64,000 nt of DNA. Origin: an uncultured Candidatus Rokubacteria bacterium. Its GTDB lineage: Bacteria; Methylomirabilota; Methylomirabilia; Rokubacteriales; DASRDR01. Numbering within the stretch: the stretch's first letter is position 1; every line of letters begins with the position of its first letter. The DNA is taken from the NCBI GenBank assembly GCA_963805625.1, contig CAWDVE010000010.1, forward strand, positions 1,824,001 to 1,888,000, given 5' to 3'. Positions 1 to 10,939 of this stretch are shown one piece after another. The position numbers and the translations under genes are program-made. The notes below the pieces were generated by a model that saw nothing but the letters and a program-made list of their open reading frames with translations, was not told the DNA's origin and made no database searches.

Positions 1-2720
1 GCCAGCAGGAACACCCACAGGAACTCCACGAATGTCCGCTCGAACTCTCGCGCCCGCCCCGACACGACCGTGGTGTAGCCGGCGGGGAGGTTGAGCTCGA
101 CGGTCGCCTGGCGGAGCGCGTCGATCCGGTCTGCCTGACCGTATCCCGGGGCGATGACCCCGCGCAGGCGGTTCTCGCGCTGGCGCTCCGACCGGTCGAT
201 CCGGGACGCCGTCTCGGCCGGCGCGATCTTCACGACGTTGTCGAGGCGGACGAGTCCGCCGCCCGGCGCCATCCCGATCTGCGGGGCGGCGCCCAGAGAA
301 GTCGACGCCGCCGCCGACGCCCGCGCCACGTAGAGGCGCTCGATGGTCCGGGGATCGCGCCGGTCGGCCTGGCTCAAGCGGAGCTGGACGTCGTAGTCCT
401 GGTCAAGGAAGGGATCGTGGAAGCGTGAAACCTCCTGGTCCCCGCCCACCATCAGCCGGAGCGCCGTGGCGATCTGCTCAACGTCCACCCTGAGGTCGGC
501 CGCGCGGTCCCGGTCGACCTGGACGCGCAGCTCCGGCCGGTCCAGGCGCAGCGTGGTGCTGAGGTCGACCATGCCGCCCAGCTGCAGCGCCCGCTCGCGC
601 AGCTGCTCGCCGTACCGCGCGAGCGTAGCAAGGTCGGGTCCGCGGAGGACGTAGTCGATGTCGAAGTTGCCACCCCCGATGTTGAACCCAGGGATGTTCC
701 GAACGGTGATCCGCATGTCGCGGAACTTCCGCAGACGCTGCCGGATCTCCTGCATCACCTCCCGCTGCGTGTAGTTGTCGCGGAAGGCCGCACGCGGGTC
801 GCCGCGGCGGAGCCCGTCCCAGAGGCGCGCTGGCGTCACCGTGCGCTCGGCGTGCGGGGCGATCCGCACGTACCCGTTGCCCTGGTTGACCCGGCCGAGG
901 AAACTGCCGCCCGCGGTCAAGAGCACCAGCCGCACGCCGCGCACGGCCCGAATCTCGCGGTCCATCGCCTGCACCGCCTCGTCCATGGCCGCGAGGCTCA
1001 CACCCTCGGGCCCTTCGTAGAAGAGCTGGAATTCGGCCTCGTCGACGTCGCTCGGCACATACTCCCGTTTGACGAGTCCGTACAGCGGCACCGTCGAGGC
1101 GATGACGGCCAGCGCCACGACCGCGACAGCTACACGCCCGACAGGGGTGATCGCGAGGCGGAGGAGCCACGCGTAGGCGCCGTCGATGAAGCGGTAAAAG
1201 CCGCGCCGAGAGCGGGCGGTGTCGTGCTCGCCCGCCGCGTCATCCGCGCGGAGCATCCGGGCGCTCATCATGGGCGTGAGCGTGAACGAGACCAGGAGGC
1301 TCACCAGCACGGAGACCGCGGCGGTGAGGCCGAACTGATAGAGGAACCGGCCGGACACCGACGACATGAACGACACCGGGACGAAGATGACCACCAGCGA
1401 GAAGGTGGTGGCCATGACGGCGAGCCCGATGTCGGCGGTGGCCGCGCGCGCCGCCTCGAACGGCGACATCCGCTTTTCCTCGACGAAGCGGAAGATGTTC
1501 TCCAGCACGACGATGGCGTCGTCGATGACGATGCCGACCATCAGCACCAGGGCCAACATGGTGACGCTGTTCAAGGTGAAGCCCAGCGCCCACATCATGC
1601 CGAACGCCGAGATGACCGACGCGGGGATGGCGACGGCGGCGATGACCGTCGAGCGCCAACTCCGCATGAACACGAACACCACGAGCGAGGCCAGGATGCT
1701 CCCCAGCACGAGGTGAAGGTTGATCTCGTGCAAGGCGGCATAGATGTACCGCGACTGGTCGCGGAGGATCTCCACCTTCACGTCGGTGGGCAGCAGCGGC
1801 GTGAGCCGGGCCAGGTTCGCCTTGACTGCCTCGATCACGGCCACCGTGTTCTCGCCCGACTGGCGCCGGACCTCCAGGATCACGGTGGGCACGCCGTTCA
1901 CACGGACGGTCGAGCGCTGCTCCTTCGTGCCGTCCTCCGCGGTCCCGATGTCGCGGACACGCACAGGCGCACCGTTGATGGTGGCGACCACCAGGTCGTT
2001 GAACGATCGCGGGTCGACGACCCGACCCATGGTCCGGAGCGACTGCTCCTGCCGACCGGCCGTGACGTTCCCGCCGGGGAGGTCAGCGTTCTGGCGAACG
2101 ATGGCATCGCGCACGGCGGTGATCGGCATCTGGTATGCGGCCAGGCGGTCCGCATCCACCCAGATGCTCACGGCGCGCGAGAGGCCGCCGACGAGCTGGA
2201 TCTCCCCGACGCCCCGGGCCCGCTCGAGGTCGACCTTGACGGTCTTGTCGGCGATCTCCGTCAGCTCGCGCAGGCTCCGGTTGCCCGACACGGCCAGTGT
2301 GAGGACCGGCGCCTGGTCGTTGTCGAGCTTGGAGACGGTGGGGGGCCGGATGTCGCGGGGCAGGTTGCGCGCCGCGTTCAGGACCTTCTCGCGGACGTCC
2401 TGGGCGGCCACGTCCACGGAGCGGTCGAGCGCAAACGTGATGATGACGTTGCTCGCCCCCGGGCCGGTGATGGACCGCAGCTCCGTGATGCCCTGGACGG
2501 TGTTGACGACCTCCTCGACCTTCTGCGTGACCTGCGTCTCCATCTCCTCGACGGAGGCGCCGGGCAGCTCGGTGCGGACGCTCACGGTGGGCAGCTCGAC
2601 GGACGGGAACCGGTCGACCCCGAGCCGGAAGTAGCTCGTGCTGCCCACGACGACGAGCGCGAGCACGATCATCGCCGCGAACACGGGCCGGCGGATGCAG
2701 ACCTCGGCGAGCTTCTGCAC
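1..2720 (-). CDS. RND efflux permease (AcrB/AcrD/AcrF family), 3' end outside the window
   Basis: Read by eye from GTG at 2720 (1-bp overlap with the upstream stop): MQKLAEVCIRRPVFAAMIV...RLGVDRFPSVELPTVSV; later GIVIDDAIVVLENI and LTPMMSAR RND motifs. Missing from the ORF track because it runs off the window edge. Confidence 0.93.
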   Translation of the reverse strand, partial: MQKLAEVCIRRPVFAAMIVLALVVVGSTSYFRLGVDRFPSVELPTVSVRTELPGASVEEMETQVTQKVEEVVNTVQGITELRSITGPGASNVIITFALDRSVDVAAQDVREKVLNAARNLPRDIRPPTVSKLDNDQAPVLTLAVSGNRSLRELTEIADKTVKVDLERARGVGEIQLVGGLSRAVSIWVDADRLAAYQMPITAVRDAIVRQNADLPGGNVTAGRQEQSLRTMGRVVDPRSFNDLVVATINGAPVRVRDIGTAEDGTKEQRSTVRVNGVPTVILEVRRQSGENTVAVIEAVKANLARLTPLLPTDVKVEILRDQSRYIYAALHEINLHLVLGSILASLVVFVFMRSWRSTVIAAVAIPASVISAFGMMWALGFTLNSVTMLALVLMVGIVIDDAIVVLENIFRFVEEKRMSPFEAARAATADIGLAVMATTFSLVVIFVPVSFMSSVSGRFLYQFGLTAAVSVLVSLLVSFTLTPMMSARMLRADDAAGEHDTARSRRGFYRFIDGAYAWLLRLAITPVGRVAVAVVALAVIASTVPLYGLVKREYVPSDVDEAEFQLFYEGPEGVSLAAMDEAVQAMDREIRAVRGVRLVLLTAGGSFLGRVNQGNGYVRIAPHAERTVTPARLWDGLRRGDPRAAFRDNYTQREVMQEIRQRLRKFRDMRITVRNIPGFNIGGGNFDIDYVLRGPDLATLARYGEQLRERALQLGGMVDLSTTLRLDRPELRVQVDRDRAADLRVDVEQIATALRLMVGGDQEVSRFHDPFLDQDYDVQLRLSQADRRDPRTIERLYVARASAAASTSLGAAPQIGMAPGGGLVRLDNVVKIAPAETASRIDRSERQRENRLRGVIAPGYGQADRIDALRQATVELNLPAGYTTVVSGRAREFERTFVEFLWVFLL

Positions 2721-3994
2721 TAGTTCTCCACGGTGACAGCCTGGCCGCCGGTGAGATTGCCCGGTTGGACGACGATCGGCTCGCCGGCCTTCACCCCGGC
2801 GACGATCTCGACAAGGTCACCCAGACGCCGGCCCGTCGTAACCCGGAGCTCCTCGCTCTTGCCGCTCCGGACTGTGAGCACCTTCTCGACGCCCGCGAAG
2901 GTGATCAGCGCCGACGCCGGCACCGTCACGACGCGGTCGCCCGCCTGGATGACCACCTCCGCCTTGGCGAAGGAGCCGGGCCGCAGCCGGCTCCCGGAAT
3001 TCGGGACCTCCGCCTCGATGAGCAGCGTCCGGTTCTGCTCGCTGATGGCGGGCGACAGCCGGGCCACCGTTCCGGGGTACACCGACGAGTCGCCGTCGAC
3101 GCTGACGCGGACGGGCTGCCCCGGGCGCACGCTGGCGGCCTCGCGCTCCGGAACCGAGAGCCGGAGGCGCAAGGGGTGGAGGCGCACGAGGGTCACCACC
3201 GACGCTCCGGCGGCGAGGTACTCTCCGACCGAGGCCTGCCGCTCGACCACGGCGCCGTCAATCGGCGAGAGGATCACCGTGTCGGTGAGCTGCTGGCGGA
3301 CCAGCTCGACCTCCGAGCGGCGCTGGAGCAGCACGGCCTGGCGGTTCTGGACCTCCTCCAGCGCGTCCTGGTACCGGCCCTCGGCGACCTGGAACGCCGA
3401 CACCGCCGCGTCGAGCTCTGCGCGCGCCACGTACTGCTGCTCCCACAGCCGCGCCAGCCGGTCGCGATTCAGCTGGGCCTGGTCGAGCAGCGCTTTCGCC
3501 TGGCGCACCACGGCGGTCTGGGTCGCGTCCACGCGGTCGTCATCGCCGTCGGCCGGAAGGCCGAGCCGGACCCGTGCCTGCTTGAGGGCGGCGACCGACT
3601 GGTCGAGGCGGTACTGGTAGTCCTTGGTGTCAATGCTCGCGACCGATTGACCCTTCTTGACCAGGCTGCCCAGATCGACGGAGATCTCGGCGAGGCGCCC
3701 GACGACCTTCGTGCCCAGCACGACCTGCTCGTCGGCGGCCAGCGTTCCGGTGGCGGCTACCGTGCGGGCCACCGTCGTTTCTGCGGCCGGTACGACCCGC
3801 ACCGCTCGGGCTCCGGCGCTGGGCGCGGCGGCGGCCGCCTTCTCCGGCGCCGCCGGGATCTCTTGCTGGCAGCCGGAGGCCGCGAGATATGCGGCAACGA
3901 GGAGGCATAGCGCGCCCGAGAGGGCCGCGCGGCGGGCTCGTAGAGGCTCGGGACCGACACCGGCCCGATGCGCTTGCCGCAGGCGGTACACCAC
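2720..3994 (-). CDS. RND periplasmic adaptor (membrane fusion protein), probable lipoprotein
   Basis: ORF 2720..4120; LAASGC lipobox, GTLAADEQV, hairpin helices, SPIDGAV, LRPGSFA. Start uncertain; GTG at 3994 chosen, downstream of an AT-rich TAGTAT patch at about 4056-4061. Confidence 0.9.
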   Translation of the reverse strand: MVYRLRQAHRAGVGPEPLRARRAALSGALCLLVAAYLAASGCQQEIPAAPEKAAAAAPSAGARAVRVVPAAETTVARTVAATGTLAADEQVVLGTKVVGRLAEISVDLGSLVKKGQSVASIDTKDYQYRLDQSVAALKQARVRLGLPADGDDDRVDATQTAVVRQAKALLDQAQLNRDRLARLWEQQYVARAELDAAVSAFQVAEGRYQDALEEVQNRQAVLLQRRSEVELVRQQLTDTVILSPIDGAVVERQASVGEYLAAGASVVTLVRLHPLRLRLSVPEREAASVRPGQPVRVSVDGDSSVYPGTVARLSPAISEQNRTLLIEAEVPNSGSRLRPGSFAKAEVVIQAGDRVVTVPASALITFAGVEKVLTVRSGKSEELRVTTGRRLGDLVEIVAGVKAGEPIVVQPGNLTGGQAVTVEN

Positions 3995-4129
3995 CTTGGA
4001 TCGAAGGATAGGCCATCCCGCCCGGCTTCGCCAGCGTTTTGGCATTACAAAATCAATACTAGCGATGGCCGGACGGGAGCTCGAGCCGGACTGCCGAACC
4101 CGCGCGCCCCGTGGCGGCATGGTCTCGGA

Positions 4130-5701
4130 TCAGCCGCGGCCGACCCGGAGTCGGCCGATGACCTCCTGCGCGGCGTTGTGGCCGGGGGCGCCCATGACGC
4201 AGCCGCCGGGCCAGGCGCCGGAGCCGCAAAGGTAGAGCCCCCGGATCGGACCCTCGTACGAGGTCGAGCCCGGCACAGGACGCAGATCGAAGGCCTGCTC
4301 GGGCACCAGCTCGCCGTGGAAGATGTGCCCGCCGGTGAGGCCGAAGCGCGCCTCGAGGTCGGGTGGAGCCAGCACCTGCCGGGCGAGGACGGAGCCCGGG
4401 ACGTTCGGCGCATAGCGACCGAACTCCGCCAGCACCTGGTCGGCGATGGCGTCACGCCGCTCGTCCCACGTCCCTTCCGCCAGCCGGTACGGAAAGTACT
4501 GGGTGAAGATCGAGAGCGTGTGACGTCCGGGCGGCGCCACGGAGTCGTCCACGACCGACTGGAGGTGCACGTTGAGGAACGGGTGGGTGGCCGGCCGACC
4601 GGCCCGCGCCTCGTCACACGCGCGCTGCATGTAGTCGATCGTGGGCGCGATGAAGAGCCCGCCCGAGTAGCCTTCGCGAACCCGTTCCGCCGGCAGCATG
4701 GTGAAGCGGGGCGGCTCCGTGATGGCCATGTTGATCTTCATCACGGGGCTCTCGATCTTGATTGCCTCCACGGCGCGCCGGTAGTCGTCCGGCAGCTCCC
4801 GCCGGGGCACGAGCCCGAGATAGGTGCGAACCGGGTCGGCATTCGAGAGCACGACGCGCCCGCCGATCTCCTCGCCGTCCGCCAAGACGACGCCGGTCGC
4901 GCGCCCGTCGCGGACCAGGACCTCGCGCACCTCGGCGCCCGTGCGGATCACCGCCCCTCGGGCGGTCGCCACGCGGTGGAGGGCCTGCGTCACCGCGCCC
5001 ATCGCCCCTTTGACATACGTCCAGGCGCCCCGATTCCCGGTCGCCATGCCCATGGAATGGTAGAGCTTCACGTATCCCGTCCCCGGGTCTCGCGGGCCGC
5101 GGAACGTCCCGATGATCCCCGTGGCGGCGACGACCGCCTGAAGCTTCTCGTTCTCGAAGAAGTGCTCGGCGATGTCGGCCGCGGAGCCCAGGAAGCACTT
5201 CTGGAAGACCGCGAGGTCCGCGGGACTCCGAAACTCCGCCGCCACCTCGGCCCACGACGGCGGATTCCGGAGGATGAACCGGTCCATGACCGTCGCCGCC
5301 CGCTCGATGAACGCCTCGTAGTCGGCGAACCGGTCGGCGTCCCGCTTCGAGATCTTCGCGAGCTCGGCGTGGAGCCTGGCGGAGTCGCCCCACCACGTGA
5401 GCGAGGTGCCGTCGGGAAACGGCACGAAGATCCGCGGATCGCGGGCGAGATACTGGACTCCCGCCGACCAGAGATCGAGCTCGTCCAGGATCCGCCGGGG
5501 CATGAGCGACAGCACGTAGGAGCCGGTCGAGACCCGGAAGCCAGGGATCAGCTCCTCGGTGACGGCCGCGCCCCCGACGACGCCTGCCCGCTCGAGGACG
5601 GCGACCGACAGACCCGCCCCCGCCAGATAGCAGGCCGCCACGAGGCCGTTGTGGCCCCCGCCGATGACGACGGCGTCGTAGAGGGCTGTCCGGATCCTCA
5701 T
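4130..5701 (-). CDS. Phytoene desaturase family FAD-dependent oxidoreductase
   Basis: VVIGGGHNGLVAACYLA...VLER...GGA Rossmann motif; C-terminal GGHIFHGE and GLYLCGSGAWPGGCVMGAPGHNAA. Confidence 0.9.
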   Translation of the reverse strand: MRIRTALYDAVVIGGGHNGLVAACYLAGAGLSVAVLERAGVVGGAAVTEELIPGFRVSTGSYVLSLMPRRILDELDLWSAGVQYLARDPRIFVPFPDGTSLTWWGDSARLHAELAKISKRDADRFADYEAFIERAATVMDRFILRNPPSWAEVAAEFRSPADLAVFQKCFLGSAADIAEHFFENEKLQAVVAATGIIGTFRGPRDPGTGYVKLYHSMGMATGNRGAWTYVKGAMGAVTQALHRVATARGAVIRTGAEVREVLVRDGRATGVVLADGEEIGGRVVLSNADPVRTYLGLVPRRELPDDYRRAVEAIKIESPVMKINMAITEPPRFTMLPAERVREGYSGGLFIAPTIDYMQRACDEARAGRPATHPFLNVHLQSVVDDSVAPPGRHTLSIFTQYFPYRLAEGTWDERRDAIADQVLAEFGRYAPNVPGSVLARQVLAPPDLEARFGLTGGHIFHGELVPEQAFDLRPVPGSTSYEGPIRGLYLCGSGAWPGGCVMGAPGHNAAQEVIGRLRVGRG

Positions 5702-5988
5702 TGGGTCACTCCCCGAGGCTCGAGGTGGGCGCTATCCTAGCATGGGGGCGAGGATGACCCGCGGGACGGGGCCGTGCGGTCCTAGATCGACCCCGATCCC
5801 GAGCCACTCGACCTTCCACAGAGCGCCGAGCGGGTGAATGCGCCAGAATCCCCGGGGTCTCACGCGCACCAGTCGTTGCCTCCCGTACGATCAGAATGGA
5901 GGCGCCGCAACATGCCGAGAGCACCTCGGAGACGACCTCCGAGGTGCTCCCCACGACTACCGGCCCTCGGCAACAGGAGCCGTGGTCG

Positions 5989-6429
5989 TCAGCGCTTCGT
6001 CAGCTCGAACGCGCTCCGGCCATCGTACCCAACCCAGGTGCCCTCGCCCTTGAGGACGCGGCGACCGCCACCCTCGTACAGAGTCGCGACGCCGCGCGTC
6101 GCGGAACCCTCGAAGACGAACTTGCCGTCCTCGATCCGCCCCTTCCCCACCCCGGGAATGCCGTTGATGTTCGAGGTGAACGACCCGTCCGGCGCGACGG
6201 TGACGCGGCCAAGCTGGGCGCGTCGTCCCGCGAACGGGCCGCTGCCGGCCACACCCTCGAGCGTGCCCTCCCACTCGCCTGCCAGGCTCGCGAGATCTCC
6301 CGCCTGCAGCATCTTGGCCGGCGGCAGGGGCGTGGCCGTCGACGCCCCCGTGCCCGCGCACCCACTGGCGAGCAGCACGAAGAGCGTCAGCGTCAGACCT
6401 CCTGCCCAGGCGATTCCCTTGCTACCCAT
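5989..6429 (-). CDS. Hypothetical lipoprotein
   Basis: ATG at 6429 after a purine-rich RBS; signal peptide with LASGC lipobox; beta-rich mature part (LAGEWEG...). Confidence 0.7.
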   Translation of the reverse strand: MGSKGIAWAGGLTLTLFVLLASGCAGTGASTATPLPPAKMLQAGDLASLAGEWEGTLEGVAGSGPFAGRRAQLGRVTVAPDGSFTSNINGIPGVGKGRIEDGKFVFEGSATRGVATLYEGGGRRVLKGEGTWVGYDGRSAFELTKR

Positions 6430-6593
6430 GTCTCTCCCCTTTCCCGCTGGCCGGGACCTGACGATCTCCGGCTCCGCGTGGCGGCTGACTGACCCGTTTC
6501 CGATCCCTCCTGAGCGCAGCCACACGCCCCCCGACGCCAATGAGACCATTGTCCCACGTCCTCGGGCGGTACGTCGTACCTGCGCGCTCGGGG

Positions 6594-7040
6594 TCACTCG
6601 GCCGGTCGCCGATCCTCGGGGGTGGCCACTGCCGCGAGCGTGAGCTCGTTCTTGCAGTGGACGCACTGCACCGGACGCGGGAGCCGGAAGCGGCCACCCG
6701 GCGATACGTCCAGCGTGGCCCCGCACCGCGGGCACGTGGCTTGGATCCGCGCCAGCGTCCGATCCTCCCGCAGGAGCATCACACCCACCACCACCCCGCC
6801 AACGACGAGGCCCGGCACCAGCACAAAGTGCACCACCGGGAAGAAGATCGCGGGAAACGCAAGCAACCAGGCCGCTCCCAGCGCAAGCGCCGCCCGGCGC
6901 ACACGCCAGGCGAGGGTGCGGGACCGCACGGTGGCGACTCCCCGCGCGGGGCTGGCGCCGAACACGCTCAGCGTCACCGGGACTTCGAAGACATCGCCCT
7001 CGGGGCCCACCCCGACCCTCCTCTGCCTGTCCACCCGCAT
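6594..7040 (-). CDS. Hypothetical membrane protein with C-terminal Zn ribbon
   Basis: Two hydrophobic segments followed by CPRC...CVHC; start approximate. Confidence 0.65.
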   Translation of the reverse strand: MRVDRQRRVGVGPEGDVFEVPVTLSVFGASPARGVATVRSRTLAWRVRRAALALGAAWLLAFPAIFFPVVHFVLVPGLVVGGVVVGVMLLREDRTLARIQATCPRCGATLDVSPGGRFRLPRPVQCVHCKNELTLAAVATPEDRRPAE

Positions 7041-7282
7041 CCATTCTAGAGCAGCGGCCGCGAAGACATCATCATGAGAACCGCATCGCGCCCTTCGCTT
7101 CCCGTCACGCTTACGAGCACCGCCACCGCCCGTGGGATTTCGAACGGTTGAAGAGCGGCGCTTATTGTCCAGGCCGCCGGTCCGGGATGCCGCCTCCGCG
7201 AGCGACCGCGTCATCGTGCTGTCTCCCGGCCGAGCGGATCTTGGGAAGCCCGAGGGTTTCGGAGGCACGCAGCGGCGACCGG

Positions 7283-7480
7283 TCAGCGGTCCGAGGGTCC
7301 GATCCGGTCGAACTGATTCTGCCGCTCCAGCTGCTCCTGTTCTTGCTGGTAGAGCCGATTCCGATCGCGAGGGGTCTCCCGTGGGGGTGGCTCCGTCGAT
7401 TCTGCCCCGGGTCCAAACGGGATCGAGCACGCGCCGAGCACGAGTCCCGCGACGATGGCGAGGCAGGCGATCAGCTGACG
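7283..7480 (-). CDS. Small putative lipoprotein
   Basis: C-terminal part of ORF 7283..10900: LIACLAIVAGLVLGAC lipobox then a short polar tail; no clear start codon. Confidence 0.35.
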   Translation of the reverse strand, partial: RQLIACLAIVAGLVLGACSIPFGPGAESTEPPPRETPRDRNRLYQQEQEQLERQNQFDRIGPSDR

Positions 7481-7948
7481 AGGCAGGTCACATCGCGCAT
7501 CGAGGCGACGATACTCCGTCCCACTGGACTGGCTCCTGCACGTATCGTTCGGCCCCACCCCGAATGCCTCCCTCTGCTCCGAGCAGGCTCGACGCACCAC
7601 GACAAGGCATGATGGCACGGGAACCCGAGCGAGGGTAGTCGGCCGGCCGGGAGACCGGACCTGGGTCCAGGGGCCTTGTGAGCGCGCGAGCCGGAAGTGT
7701 ACTTTCGGAGGGAAGCCGGGAGGAGGTGGAGGTCGAGTGCCGGAACCGAGTTTCGACGGCCGTCGACGGTGCGGAGTTCTCGCCCCAGGGACCGCGGGAG
7801 GTCTGACCCTCCTTCTAACCGCCGTCATACCGGCTCTCGCGGCGGGGCCGTTCGCTCTGCTCCTCGGCGCCGCGGGGCACGCCCTGGCAGGAGCAGTGAC
7901 AGTCCGGAGCCCGGCGCGCGCGCTTCGTTCGACGCTGGAGGCCCGCGC

Positions 7949-10939
7949 GTGAGCGGCGGATCGACGCCCGGACGGGCGGCACGCGAATCGCCCGCACGAT
8001 CCGCTATCCGGACCACGGGGATCGCCTTGCTGGTCTGCGTCGCCTACTACGTCGGCTCCCGCATCGGCCTCGTGCTCCGGTTTCCCCCGTCGACCCCGTC
8101 GGTTCTCTGGCCTCCGAACGCGATCCTGACCGTGACGTTGCTGCTGACACCGCCGCGGCGCTGGTGGATGTACCTGCTGGCGGCGCTCCCGGCGCACCTG
8201 GTCATTCAGCTGAGTGCCGGCTGGCCGGCCTTGCTGATCGCGCTGCTCTTCGCGACGAACTGCAGTGAGGCGCTGATCGCTGCCCTGGGCGTGCGCCGGT
8301 TCAGCGACGCGCCAGCCCGCTTCGATACACTGCGCCGCGTCGCTGTTTTCATCGGCGCGGCCGGCCTCGCCGCGCCATTCGTGTCGTCGTTCGCCGATGC
8401 CGCCGTGGTCGCCTCGCTGCGGGCCGAGCCATATTGGGTGGTCTGGCGCACCCGGTTCTTCTCCAACGTCCTGACCGAGCTGACGCTGGTCCCCGCGCTC
8501 GCCACCGCGATCACTGCCGGACCGGCGTGGATCCGGACGGCGCCCACCCGGCGGCATCTCGAGGCGGCGCTTCTCGCGGCCACTCTGCTCTTCGTCGCGG
8601 TCATGGCCTTCGGGCTGAGTGTCGGCCTGGACGACCTCCCCATCCCGGGAACGCCCTACACGCCACTGGCGCTGGTCCTGCCACTCTTCCTCTGGGCGGC
8701 GGTCCGCTTCGGGCCCGGGGGAGTGAGCCTCGCGCTGGCAACGGCCGTATGGGTGGCGATCTGGGGTGGAACATACGGGCAAGGGCTGTTCACCGAGCTG
8801 CCCCCTGCCCAAGCCGTGCTGGCCCTCCAGGTCTTCCTTTCGGTCGTCGCCATTCCGTTCATGTGTCTTGCGGGGGTCATCGAGGAGCGCCGACAGACCC
8901 GGGATGCCCTCGCCGAGCGCCTGCGCTTCGAAACGCTCCTCTCCGACCTGTCCGCCATGTTCGCCACCGGCCCTGTGGCGGAGGTGGACCGACAGATCGA
9001 GACTGGTCTCCGGCGCCTGGTGGAGGATCTGGGTGCCGACCGGGCCACCGTGGGCGCGCTCTCCACCTCTTCCGACCAGGTCCGGGCCACACACTCCTGG
9101 ACCCGAGAGGGCGTGGCGCCCCTCCGCCAGGCGATCCGGGGCAACGCGGCGCCGTGGATCGTGTCCCAGCTCCGCCAGGGGCACGTCGTCCGACTCACGC
9201 GCCTCGAGGACCTCCCCGACGAGGCAGCGGTTGATCGGCAGAACCTCGAACGCCTCGGCACACGCTCGGCCGTCGTGGTGCCGCTCGCCGTGGGCGGCTC
9301 GGTCGCGGGCGCCCTCGTGGTGGGCACCCTCCGCGCGGAGCGCCACTGGCCCGACGAGCTGGTCCCGCGGCTTCGGCTGCTGGCGGCCGTGTTCGCCGGC
9401 GCCCTCGCGCGGCAGCAGGCCGAGCGGGCAGTACGTGAGAGCGAGGAGCGCTTTCACCGGATGGCGGACAGCGCCCCCATGATGGTATGGCTCTCGGGCC
9501 CCGAGGGCCGGCGGACGTACGTGAACCAGCGGTGGCTCGACTTCACCGGCCGCGGGCTGGACCACGAGCTGAGCGAGAGCTGGATGGCCAACGTCCACCG
9601 CGACGACCAGCCGGATCTGACCCGCGCCCTGGCCGCCGCGCTCGCGGAGGAGCGGCCGTTCACCGTGGAGTATCGGCTGCAGCGCCGGGATCGAGAGTAC
9701 CGCTGGGTCCTGGACCACGGAGTGCCCCGGCGGTCCGACGACGGGGCCCTGCTCGGCTACGTGGGCTCGGCCGTCGATGTCACCCAGCTCCGGGCCGCCC
9801 AGCGAGCGCTGCTCGAGACCGACCTCCTCCGGAGCGCCATCTTCGGGGCGCTGCACGGTCACGTGGCCGCCCTCGACAAGAGCGGGCGCATCATCGCCGT
9901 GAATCACGCCTGGGGCCGATTCGCCCTCGAGAACGGGGCCAACCCCGTCCGGGTCTCGATCGGCGCCAGCTACCTTGACGTGTGCCGAGACGCGGCCAGC
10001 GGGGGGGATCGCGAGGCCGGCCGGATCCTGGAAGCCTTGCGCACGGTGCTCGCCGGAGGCACGTCTCTTCAGTTCGAGTATGCCTGTCGCACGCCCGCCG
10101 GCGAGCGCTGGTTCGAGATGACGGCGGAGCCGCTCCGGCGCCCGGAGGGCGGAGCGCTCGTGACCCACGTCGACATCACCCGCCGCCGCCAGGCGGAGGA
10201 AGAGGCGGAACGTCAGCGTGAGGAGCTGGCTCACGTGCTGCGGACCACGACGCTCGGGGAGCTCGCCGCGTCGCTCGCCCACGAGATCAACCAGCCGCTC
10301 GCCGCGATCGTGGCAAACGCGCAGGCGACGCGCCGCTTGCTGGACGCGGGCCGGGCGTCCCGCCCGGGAGTGGTCGAGACCCTGTCCGACATCGTGGACG
10401 ATGCGAAGCGCGCCTCCCAGGTCATCCGGCGGCTCCGCGCCCTGTTCCGCAAGGAGCAGGTCGACCGGGGTCCCGTGGACGTGAACGAGCTCGTCGAGGA
10501 CGTGGTGGGCCTTCTTCGCCACGACACGGAGCGCCAGCGCATCACGGTCCACTGCGCTCTCGAGCGGGGCCTGGCGCGCATCCCCGGCGATTCGGTCCAG
10601 CTCCAGCAAGTCCTGCTCAACCTTCTCGTCAACGCGCGCGAGGCGATCGTGATCGCGGAGGAGGGTCCGCGCGAGATCAGGATCGGGACGGCCGAGAGCG
10701 CGAAGGGGGGCGTCGCCGTCTCGATCCGGGACACCGGGATCGGTGCCAAGGAGGCGGAGCTCGAGCGCATCTTCGAGCACTTCGTCACCAACAAGCCGGA
10801 CGGGCTGGGAATGGGCCTCGCCATCAGCCGCTCCATCGTCCAGGCGCATGGCGGCCACCTCTGGGCGACCGTCAATGACGATCGGGGACTCACTCTCCAC
10901 CTCGAGCTCCCGGGCGAGCCGAAGCCCGTCCGAGCGTGA
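7949..10939 (+). CDS. Sensor histidine kinase, MASE1-GAF-PAS-PAS-HisKA-HATPase
   Basis: MASE1 (SVLWPPNA, multiple TMs), PAS (YVNQRWLDFTG), H-box LAHEINQPL, N-box QVLLNLLVNA, G-boxes DTGIG and GLGMGLAIS. GTG at 7949 follows GGAGG. Confidence 0.93.
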   Translation: MSGGSTPGRAARESPARSAIRTTGIALLVCVAYYVGSRIGLVLRFPPSTPSVLWPPNAILTVTLLLTPPRRWWMYLLAALPAHLVIQLSAGWPALLIALLFATNCSEALIAALGVRRFSDAPARFDTLRRVAVFIGAAGLAAPFVSSFADAAVVASLRAEPYWVVWRTRFFSNVLTELTLVPALATAITAGPAWIRTAPTRRHLEAALLAATLLFVAVMAFGLSVGLDDLPIPGTPYTPLALVLPLFLWAAVRFGPGGVSLALATAVWVAIWGGTYGQGLFTELPPAQAVLALQVFLSVVAIPFMCLAGVIEERRQTRDALAERLRFETLLSDLSAMFATGPVAEVDRQIETGLRRLVEDLGADRATVGALSTSSDQVRATHSWTREGVAPLRQAIRGNAAPWIVSQLRQGHVVRLTRLEDLPDEAAVDRQNLERLGTRSAVVVPLAVGGSVAGALVVGTLRAERHWPDELVPRLRLLAAVFAGALARQQAERAVRESEERFHRMADSAPMMVWLSGPEGRRTYVNQRWLDFTGRGLDHELSESWMANVHRDDQPDLTRALAAALAEERPFTVEYRLQRRDREYRWVLDHGVPRRSDDGALLGYVGSAVDVTQLRAAQRALLETDLLRSAIFGALHGHVAALDKSGRIIAVNHAWGRFALENGANPVRVSIGASYLDVCRDAASGGDREAGRILEALRTVLAGGTSLQFEYACRTPAGERWFEMTAEPLRRPEGGALVTHVDITRRRQAEEEAERQREELAHVLRTTTLGELAASLAHEINQPLAAIVANAQATRRLLDAGRASRPGVVETLSDIVDDAKRASQVIRRLRALFRKEQVDRGPVDVNELVEDVVGLLRHDTERQRITVHCALERGLARIPGDSVQLQQVLLNLLVNAREAIVIAEEGPREIRIGTAESAKGGVAVSIRDTGIGAKEAELERIFEHFVTNKPDGLGMGLAISRSIVQAHGGHLWATVNDDRGLTLHLELPGEPKPVRA

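Noticed and set aside
852-2723. 623-aa plus-strand ORF
   Set aside because: Antisense to the RND permease.
7283-10900. 1205-aa minus-strand ORF
   Set aside because: Antisense shadow of the histidine kinase in GC-rich DNA; only its last 60 or so codons look like a real lipoprotein.
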